A DNA stretch of 37,205 nt from the NCBI GenBank assembly GCA_007135625.1, contig SLIM01000028.1:1-37205 (forward strand). The letters are read 5' to 3'. The position numbers were made by a program, and so were the translations under genes. The notes below the pieces were generated by a model. The model saw nothing but the letters and a program-made list of their open reading frames with translations. It was not told the DNA's origin and did no database searches. The stretch comes from Gammaproteobacteria bacterium (GTDB lineage Bacteria; Pseudomonadota; Gammaproteobacteria; Chromatiales; Chromatiaceae). Shown piece after piece: positions 28,448 to 35,074 of this stretch (within the stretch, counting starts at the first letter, position 1; each line of letters starts with the position of its first letter).

Positions 28448-28860
28448 GGGGTATCCCCTTCGCCGTTGTTGGGGAGGTAGGGGCGGTAGTGTTTGCTCTT
28501 GCGCTTGAAGTTGCGCTGGACAATGACCCCTTCAATCTGCCACACTTTGTCGTGCAGCTCAATTGGGTAGTAAGCGGGGTTGAGGGGGAGCAGTCGCGGC
28601 GGCTGCCCCGGCTCCTCGCGCCATTGGCGAAACCAGCGCTCTTCGCCGACCGTGATGACGACGTAGGCACCGCTGGCGCAGCGCTGGGAGGGTTCGATGA
28701 CAATCACGCAGTTTTGGGGAAACTCCGGTTCCATGCTGTCGTCTAGCACCTGTAGGGCGTACAACTCGTTGTAGCTGCAATTTTTGAAGTCGGCGGATTC
28801 GTGCATAGTGAAAATACCCAAAAGTGGCCATGCAGAGGGGGATCCCGGCGCGATGAACAC
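28444..28860 (-). CDS. Stand-alone S24 (LexA/UmuD-type) peptidase-fold protein without a DNA-binding domain
   Basis: WPLLGIF...ELYALQVLDDSMEPEFPQNCVIVIEPSQRCASGAYVVITVGEERWFRQW...LLPLNPAYYPIEL...IEGVIVQ aligns by eye to UmuD (..[22 protein letters not shown]...GEFTVKKL..LIPMNSAYSPI..VFGVVIHVV). The Ser codon is AGC at 28735-28737. The start is uncertain: GTG 28860, ATG 28806 or TTG 29079. The stop overlaps the SDR start (ATGA). Confidence 0.6.
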   Translation of the reverse strand: MFIAPGSPSAWPLLGIFTMHESADFKNCSYNELYALQVLDDSMEPEFPQNCVIVIEPSQRCASGAYVVITVGEERWFRQWREEPGQPPRLLPLNPAYYPIELHDKVWQIEGVIVQRNFKRKSKHYRPYLPNNGEGDTP

Positions 28861-29067
28861 GTGAGGATGGAACTCTGCCGCAAGGGCCGTTACAATCTGC
28901 TGCGACCACCAGATGTGGTCTTTGGCGAAAAACCCAAGTGGCAGGAGAGAGCATATCCCCTTAGTGGCTCCCCTGCAACTATCCAAATCAAGTGGCCACT
29001 CTCCAGCGCGTGCGATTGTCGGCGTGGCGCGGCCACTCCTATAGGCTACCGAAGAGGTTCCCCTCCG

Positions 29068-29256
29068 ATGCCCGAACAAAATTCTAGTACTTTTCTTTTT
29101 GGTAATCTAATTCTCGGCATTGCCTTGCTTTGCTTGCTTTTTATGGAGGCGCTGTGGGCTAGGCTCGGCTCGCTAGCGATGGTGCTGTGGGTGGTGCTGG
29201 TGGCGGTGGGGGTCAGTCTGATTATGAAATCTATGAATCAATCGGGGGATCTGTAG
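29068..29256 (+). CDS. Possible small two-TM membrane protein (62 aa)
   Basis: This is the 3' part of track ORF 28801-29256. From ATG 29068 (GAAGAGG 10 nt upstream) it reads MPEQNSSTFLFGNLILGIALLCLLFMEALWARLGSLAMVLWVVLVAVGVSLIMKSMNQSGDL. There are two clear hydrophobic helices. No homology argument is available. Confidence 0.35.
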   Translation: MPEQNSSTFLFGNLILGIALLCLLFMEALWARLGSLAMVLWVVLVAVGVSLIMKSMNQSGDL

Positions 29257-29407
29257 TCGAGGCGGGCGGCCCGTGTAGATGGGTCGAAGCGCGGAAGGAT
29301 CGGGGTAGAATTGAAATTGCGCATCGCTGCGTAGTCACCTCATGGATAGATTTGGCGATGGTACGCTGTCGCTCACTAACTTCGGTCGTAAGGCCAGGAA
29401 TCAACAG

Positions 29408-30997
29408 ATGCCCAACCTGCACTATCTTGTCACCCATCTGGCAAAGCTGAATGAGATCGGCATTGCACTCTCTGCCGAGCAGGATCTTAACCGCCTCCTG
29501 GAGCAGATCCTGCTGGGCGCGAAGAGTATCACCCATTCCGACGGAGGTACTCTCTACTCGGTCGATAGCGAGCGCCGGGAGGTGCGCATGGAGATTGTCT
29601 CCACCGATTCGCTACAGTTTGCGATGGGCGGAACCAGCGGTAACCCGATCCCTTTTTCGCCAATCCCTCTGGATGACGAAAATGGCAGGCCGAATGAGAG
29701 AATGGTGGTGACCCATGCGGTTCATCATAAGTGTACGGTAAATATTCCAGACGCATACGATGCGGTTGGTTTCGACTTTTCGGGTACCCGCCGCTTCGAT
29801 GAGAATACCGGCTACCGCTCTACGTCGTTTTTGACCGTTCCATTAAAAAACCATGAAGGCGATGTTATTGCGGTGTTGCAACTGCTCAATGCCACCGATC
29901 CCGAGAGTGCGACGATTATTCCGTTTTCCAAGGAGGCCCAGCAACTGGCCGAGTCGCTCGCCTCACAGGCCGCTATCGCGCTGACGAACCGGCGGCTGAT
30001 TAATGATCTGAATCGGTTTTTGGATGCCCTGATTCAGTTAATCGCGGGGGCGATTGATGAGAAGTCCCCCTATACCGGTGGCCATTGCCGCCGGGTTCCG
30101 CTCCTCACCATGCTGCTAGCGGAGGAGGCCCATCGGGCGACGAGCGGTCCCCTGGCCGATTTTCAGATGAGTGCGGAGGAGCGCCATGCGCTGGAGATTG
30201 CCGCTTGGCTGCATGACTGCGGAAAGATCACAACTCCTGAGCATATCGTGGATAAGGCGACCAAGCTGGAGACCATCTTTGACCGTTTGGAGTTGGTACG
30301 TACCCGCTTTGCGGTGCGTCGGCGGGATCTTGAACTGGCCCATCTGCGTGCTGGTGGGGCGGCGGATGATCCGCTGCTGGCGCAGCAACTGGTAGCGCTG
30401 GAGGAGGATCTCGCGTTTCTTGCCCGGCACAATAGCGGGGGGGAGTTTATGGCCGAGGCGGATCAGCAGCGGGTCCATCAGATCGCTCGCCAACGGGTGG
30501 TGATCGACGGGGTTGAGCAACCGCTACTGAGTGAGAATGAGGTCTATAATTTGACCATCTCGAAGGGGACATTGACCCCCGAGGAGCGGGAGGTGATCAA
30601 TAATCATATTGTAGTAACGATTCGGATGTTGGAGGCTCTCCCCTTTCCGAAACATCTCAAAAGTGTGCCGGAGTATGCTGGCGGCCACCATGAACGGATG
30701 GATGGGAAGGGCTATCCTCGCGGCTTGACGGGTGCGCAGATGTCGGTACCGGCGCGGGTGATGGCGATTGCCGATATCTTTGAAGCGCTGACCGCGAGGG
30801 ATCGCCCCTATAAGAAGGGGATGAAGCTCTCCACCGCATTGACGATTCTCGGGCGCATGCGGTTGGAGCAGCATATTGATTCTGATTTGTATGATATTTT
30901 TGTCAAGAGCCGGGTCTGGGAGCGCTACGCCGCCGAACACCTCACCCCGGAGCAGTGCGATGAGGTCGATCTGTCGGCCCTACCGGGGTTTTCCTAG
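29408..30997 (+). CDS. GAF-domain HD-GYP phosphodiesterase (c-di-GMP signalling)
   Basis: N-terminal GAF-like region: LAKLNEIGIALSAEQDLNRLLEQILLGAKSITHSDGGTLY. HD: AAWLHDCGKITTPEHIVDKATKLE. GYP: GGHHERMDGKGYPRGL. ATG 29408 has an AGGAA Shine-Dalgarno. The track ORF begins at 29342. Confidence 0.88.
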   Translation: MPNLHYLVTHLAKLNEIGIALSAEQDLNRLLEQILLGAKSITHSDGGTLYSVDSERREVRMEIVSTDSLQFAMGGTSGNPIPFSPIPLDDENGRPNERMVVTHAVHHKCTVNIPDAYDAVGFDFSGTRRFDENTGYRSTSFLTVPLKNHEGDVIAVLQLLNATDPESATIIPFSKEAQQLAESLASQAAIALTNRRLINDLNRFLDALIQLIAGAIDEKSPYTGGHCRRVPLLTMLLAEEAHRATSGPLADFQMSAEERHALEIAAWLHDCGKITTPEHIVDKATKLETIFDRLELVRTRFAVRRRDLELAHLRAGGAADDPLLAQQLVALEEDLAFLARHNSGGEFMAEADQQRVHQIARQRVVIDGVEQPLLSENEVYNLTISKGTLTPEEREVINNHIVVTIRMLEALPFPKHLKSVPEYAGGHHERMDGKGYPRGLTGAQMSVPARVMAIADIFEALTARDRPYKKGMKLSTALTILGRMRLEQHIDSDLYDIFVKSRVWERYAAEHLTPEQCDEVDLSALPGFS

Positions 30998-31067
30998 TGC
31001 GGTAGAGGAGAGCGCAGATCTCTCTGCCCTCTCGCTGCTCTGTTCTCTGTTCTCTGCTCTCCCCCGC

Positions 31068-32360
31068 TTACTCCTGCTGCAACCACGGCGGTGGGGCTAA
31101 CAACTCGCGTACCGAGCGCTGCTCCACGGCGGGTGGTGGCGGTTCGCGGGGCGGTGCTGCCGCCGGGGCTTGGGGTAACTGTGGGGGGCTACTGCGTACC
31201 GGCGGGCCGGAGCTGGTGTGCAAAAAGGCGACCAGTGCCTGCTGCTCGGCGGCGCTGAGTCCTAGCGGGCGGAGCAGTTGGCTACGCCGCTCCAGATGGA
31301 GTGAGGGGCGACCGTCGGGGTCGCTCCCTCCGCGATCATAAAAGGCGATGACCTGCTCCAAGGTGGTGAAGGCCCCATTGCGCATGTAGGGTGCGGTGTG
31401 TGTCAATTCGCGCAGGCTGGGGGTGCGAAAGGCCCCGCGTTCGGTTTCGCGCCCGCTGACTAGCCAGCGTCCGGGGTCGCTGCGGGTAGAGGGCAGGGCC
31501 GCGTTGGCGACACCGGCTCGCCGTAGGCGATAGCGGTAACGGATCTGCTCTTCCGCTTCGAGCCGCCACAACTCGGCAGTCGGTACGGCGGTAACGTGGT
31601 AGCGCTGGTCGGAGAGCAGCGGGCCGTGGTGACAGCGGCTGCAACCGGCCTTGCCTTGAAACAGTTGCATTCCCTGCACCTGTTGCCGATCCAGGGCGCT
31701 GCGCTCGCCGCGCAGGTAGCGGTCGAGCGGGCTGTCGGCGCGTGCCAGGCTGCGGCTGAAGGCGGCTAGTGCCTCCCAGCTCTGGGCGGCGCTTGGGCGT
31801 GATGAGGTGCCGAAGGCGGCGCTAAACAGCTCCCGGTAACCGGGGAGCAGGGCGAGGCGTGCCTCTAGCAGTGGGTCGTGGCTGTTGAGCACCAGTGCGT
31901 CATGGGCGTGGTGGGCGATCTGCTGCTCCAGGGAGGTGGCGGAGCCATCTGCGTTCCAGGCGCGGTAGTGGGCGACCGGGAGCAGTCCGGGGGCGACCCG
32001 CCAGCTCGTCTCGCCGTCACCACTCCAGCCGCGTTCGGGGCGGTGGCAGTCGGCACAACTGCGCTGGCCATCGCCGCTTAGGCGTGGGTCGAAAAAGAGT
32101 ACGCGCCCGAGTGCCGCCTGTTGCGGGTTGACCGTTGGCAGCGTCTCTAACGGGAGCAGTTGCGGGGATTCAACGGCAGATGGCGGCCCTTTGACTTGCG
32201 GCCCACAGCCGCTGACCAGCAGCACTCCTGCAATGATCAGCAAAAGCGGCGCGGCGCGGCGGCGATATGCTATTCTGCTCCTCACTCTTCTTACCAGCAG
32301 CACTCCTGCGGCGATAAGCAAAAGCGGTGCGGCGCGGCGGCGATATGCGGTTCTGCTCAT
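31068..32360 (-). CDS. Di-haem cytochrome c peroxidase / MauG-family protein, probable lipoprotein
   Basis: Two CxxCH motifs (CADCHRPERGW and CSRCHHGPLLSD) plus FRTPSLRELTHTAPYMRNGAFTTLEQVIAFYDRGG. Lipobox: LLVSGC. An alternative start at GTG 32285 gives a single clean signal peptide. Confidence 0.88.
   Translation of the reverse strand: MSRTAYRRRAAPLLLIAAGVLLVRRVRSRIAYRRRAAPLLLIIAGVLLVSGCGPQVKGPPSAVESPQLLPLETLPTVNPQQAALGRVLFFDPRLSGDGQRSCADCHRPERGWSGDGETSWRVAPGLLPVAHYRAWNADGSATSLEQQIAHHAHDALVLNSHDPLLEARLALLPGYRELFSAAFGTSSRPSAAQSWEALAAFSRSLARADSPLDRYLRGERSALDRQQVQGMQLFQGKAGCSRCHHGPLLSDQRYHVTAVPTAELWRLEAEEQIRYRYRLRRAGVANAALPSTRSDPGRWLVSGRETERGAFRTPSLRELTHTAPYMRNGAFTTLEQVIAFYDRGGSDPDGRPSLHLERRSQLLRPLGLSAAEQQALVAFLHTSSGPPVRSSPPQLPQAPAAAPPREPPPPAVEQRSVRELLAPPPWLQQE
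32215..32358. repeat. Direct duplication (about 66 bp, period 78 bp, about 59/66 identical by my alignment) of the signal-peptide coding segment
   Basis: accagcagcactcctgc..agcaaaagcgg.gcggcgcggcggcgatatgc...tctgctc occurs at 32215-32280 and 32293-32358. It encodes AYRRRAAPLLLI(A/I)AGVLLV twice. Confidence 0.85.
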
Positions 32361-33604
32361 TGCTTTTCTCCTGCTGGGTGGCTACTCCAATAGCGCGTTG
32401 TGGGGTAGGCGGCGGGATAGCCTTGGCTCCAGAGGTAGCGCTCCGAGGTGAGCGGCTGCCCGGAGAGTGACTCCAAAAAGGCGATGAGGTCGTTCAGCTC
32501 CTCCAGGGTGAGGTCTAGCGGCCTCAGCAGGGGACTCTTGCGGCTATCGGGACCGCCGCCAAAGTAGTAGAACTCGACCACTTGGCTGATGCTGTAAAAG
32601 CGTCCATCGTGCATGTAGGGGCCACTGTGGTTCAACTCCCGCAGGCTGGGGGTGATGAAGGCACCCCAGTCATCGCGTCGGCCCGTTACCGTGAAGTGTC
32701 CTGGATCCTGTTGGAGGGTCGCCACCTCCTCCAGATCGTGGGCCAGTGCGTAGGCCAGTAGCGCCTCGCGGTCGGCGAGTTCGCTTAGATGGCCAGGACG
32801 TGCCAGTAACCCGAGCGAGTGGGCTTGGCCATCGGAGAGGAGCGCCCCGGAGTGGCAGTGCAAACAGCCCGCCCGCCCCTCGAACAGCGCCTTGCCGCGC
32901 CGCGCTGCGGCGCTAAGGGTGCCGGTGTCGAGCGGTGCATTGCGTGAGGTGAGAATACGCAGATACTCAGCCACTGCGGCGTAGGCGTTAGCGGCGCTGA
33001 TTTGAGGATAACCGGCTTCGCTAAACATTCGCACATAGTCGGGATCTTGCGCCATGCGCTGCTCCAGTAGCAGGGGGTCGAGTGCTAGGGTGAAGGGACT
33101 CTCAAACATCTCCGCTACCATTGCCGGAAGTTGACGATGTCGCCCTTCCCGTCCCCACTGCTGCTGATGGACGGTATTCATTAGGCTCGGTACGTTGCGA
33201 AAGCCACCACCGGCGACCCCTCCGGGGGAGCGCGGGCGGTTGAGGGCATAGCCCTGTTCCGGGCGGTGACAGTCAGCACAAGACCAGCGACCATTGCGCG
33301 AGAGGCGTTGGTCGAAGAAGAGGCGTTTGCCCAGTTGCACCTTGCTGGAGTCACTGCTCACTGCGGGGAGGAAGGTGATCGGTGGCGGGCTGGCGGCTAC
33401 TCCGGCACTGACCAGTAGCAGGAGCAGAGCGAGTGGGTACAGGGGTGATCTCCTGTGCGAGGGAGTAGAGGCTTTTTCTATAGCGCACGCCCTCTCTTCC
33501 TCCGGTGATCCCCTGTGCAAGGGAGTAGAGGGTGCGAATGATCGCGCCTGCAATGCCCGACGCGGTGATCCCCTGTGCGAGAGAGTAGAGGGTATGCGAC
33601 TCAT
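32357..33604 (-). CDS. Di-haem cytochrome c peroxidase / MauG-family protein (tandem paralogue)
   Basis: CADCHRPEQGY, CLHCHSGALLSD, and FITPSLRELNHSGPYMHDGRFYSISQVVEFYYFGG. The hydrophobic signal segment is PLALLLLLVSAGVAA. The only in-frame ATGs are 33604 and 33658, both upstream of the 28/32-bp repeat array, so the 5' end is uncertain. Confidence 0.85.
   Translation of the reverse strand: MSRIPSTLSHRGSPRRALQARSFAPSTPLHRGSPEEERACAIEKASTPSHRRSPLYPLALLLLLVSAGVAASPPPITFLPAVSSDSSKVQLGKRLFFDQRLSRNGRWSCADCHRPEQGYALNRPRSPGGVAGGGFRNVPSLMNTVHQQQWGREGRHRQLPAMVAEMFESPFTLALDPLLLEQRMAQDPDYVRMFSEAGYPQISAANAYAAVAEYLRILTSRNAPLDTGTLSAAARRGKALFEGRAGCLHCHSGALLSDGQAHSLGLLARPGHLSELADREALLAYALAHDLEEVATLQQDPGHFTVTGRRDDWGAFITPSLRELNHSGPYMHDGRFYSISQVVEFYYFGGGPDSRKSPLLRPLDLTLEELNDLIAFLESLSGQPLTSERYLWSQGYPAAYPTTRYWSSHPAGEKQ
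33444..33591. repeat. Three 28-bp direct repeats separated by two unrelated 32-bp spacers (CRISPR-like geometry), lying in the 5' end of the peroxidase ORF
   Basis: R1 33444-33471 ggtgatcTcctgtgcgagggagtagagg. R2 33504-33531 ggtgatcccctgtgcAagggagtagagg. R3 33564-33591 ggtgatcccctgtgcgagAgagtagagg. Spacers: ctttttctatagcgcacgccctctcttcctcc and gtgcgaatgatcgcgcctgcaatgcccgacgc. The confidence is for the repeat itself, not for CRISPR function. Confidence 0.85.
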
Positions 33605-33636
33605 CTTCCAGACCGAATAGGTGTGCTGCAATACGG

Positions 33637-33969
33637 CTACCAAGAGAATAGAATCCATTTGGGTACCGAAATGTTCTGAATTCCACCCGCCTGGGAGTCC
33701 AACTCGCCATCTCCGGTGGTGTCAAGCAGGTAGTAGGGTTCGCCGACGCGGGGAACCACCTTGACCATGTAGATTCGCCCGCCGATTCGATACTGGTGGA
33801 TCTTCCCTTGCTCACCTTCAATAATAGTAATCTCTGGTGTTAAGGGGTCGCCGCTCTGTAGCGGTGGCGGCAGTGGTGGTGGCTCGGGGTGTTGTACCTG
33901 CTCCCTCGCCTCGCCCCAGGTCGCGGTGGTTACGGCCAGCAGGGCGACGGCCAAAATAGTTTTGTTCAT
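33637..33969 (-). CDS. Secreted DUF2782-like small protein
   Basis: Signal peptide from ATG 33969: MNKTILAVALLAVTTATWG. This is followed by PEITIIEGEQGKIHQYRIGGRIYMVKVVPRVGEPYYLLDTTGDGELD...WILFSW, the pattern I associate with the proteobacterial DUF2782 family. Confidence 0.65.
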   Translation of the reverse strand: MNKTILAVALLAVTTATWGEAREQVQHPEPPPLPPPLQSGDPLTPEITIIEGEQGKIHQYRIGGRIYMVKVVPRVGEPYYLLDTTGDGELDSQAGGIQNISVPKWILFSW

Positions 33970-34039
33970 AGGATATTCCCTTATTGATGGATAAGACAAG
34001 CGTGGGTCGAGCAGCGGTGAGATGCTGCTGCCACCGGGT

Positions 34040-34741
34040 TTAGAGCTGCAAAAGAGTCTCCCGCTCCTGAGGTGATAGGGTCAACTGGCGGTTTTCATAG
34101 TGGGCGAAGATCGCATCCACCACCTGCTGCGGTTCATCGCACACCTGCATCAGATTGAGATCTTGTGGGCTGATGACTCCTGCAGGCACCATGGTGTTGC
34201 GAAACCACTCCAGCAGCCCGCTCCAGAAGATAGAGTCCACTAGGATCACCGGAATATGGCGGGTTTTACCGGTCTGTATTAGGGTCAGTGCTTCAACCAG
34301 CTCATCGAGGGTGCCAAAGCCGCCGGGCATCACCACATAGGCCGATGCGTATTTAACAAACATCACCTTACGCGAAAAGAAGTGGCGAAAATTGAGGGCT
34401 ACATCCTGGTAGTCATTTGGTTTTTGCTCCGCCGGGAGTTCGATGTTCAGCCCGACGCTGGGGGCGCGTCCCTGCATCGCCCCCTTGTTGGCCGCCTCCA
34501 TGATTCCCGGTCCACCGCCGCTGACCACGGCAAAGCCGCTGTTGGAGAGCAGGAGTGCGATCTCTTCGGCCTTGCGGTAGTTGGGATCGTCAACCGGGGT
34601 ACGCGCCGAGCCGAAGAGGCTGATCGAGGGCCAGATCGAGGACATCGTCTCAAATCCCTCAACAAACTCAGACATGATCTGAAATACGCGCCAGGACTCA
34701 CTGGGGGTGCTATTATCCAGGGTAAAGTTACGGCTTGGCAT
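34040..34741 (-). CDS. LOG-family (TIGR00730-type) nucleotide phosphoribohydrolase / 'lysine decarboxylase-like' protein
   Basis: SLFGSARTP..., VVSGGGPGIMEAANKGA, and VVMPGGFGTLDELVEALTLIQTGK. 233 aa. Confidence 0.88.
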   Translation of the reverse strand: MPSRNFTLDNSTPSESWRVFQIMSEFVEGFETMSSIWPSISLFGSARTPVDDPNYRKAEEIALLLSNSGFAVVSGGGPGIMEAANKGAMQGRAPSVGLNIELPAEQKPNDYQDVALNFRHFFSRKVMFVKYASAYVVMPGGFGTLDELVEALTLIQTGKTRHIPVILVDSIFWSGLLEWFRNTMVPAGVISPQDLNLMQVCDEPQQVVDAIFAHYENRQLTLSPQERETLLQL

Positions 34742-35005
34742 GGCGGTCTCGCAAAAAGAGGAACAGGGGACTAAGGATAGTACATTCGGTACCGATAAAT
34801 ACAGCCCAGCTCCACAAGGAAATACTCTTTCATGGAGGGACTATGGGTTGCCCTCCCCTCTCCACCAGGGACTATAAAAAACATGCTTCCCATTCTATAA
34901 CCCATATTCCACATCCCCCCGCGCAACACGCTGATTCAAAAGAGATATCTCCTTTTAGTATGATTATAGAAAAACATAATAATTTATTCGAATCAGTGGG
35001 TTATA

Positions 35006-35034
35006 AGGACAAAGTGCGGAAAGTCGGCTATAAT
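35006..35034 (+). promoter_or_regulatory. Candidate sigma70 promoter for rep
   Basis: AGGACA (35006-35011), a 17-nt spacer, then TATAAT (35029-35034), 40 nt upstream of ATG 35075, in an AT-rich intergenic stretch. Confidence 0.35.
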
Positions 35035-35074
35035 CCCCGCCTCCTTCCTGCCACCTACCCAGCGAGTACCCCGT

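Noticed and set aside
33374-33401. Possible fourth copy of the 28-bp repeat (starts ggtgatc), and a degenerate gagaatagaat at 33644-33654
   Set aside because: Only 7 and about 8 bases match, and the offsets (70 and 63 bp) break the exact 60-bp period. I count three repeats only.
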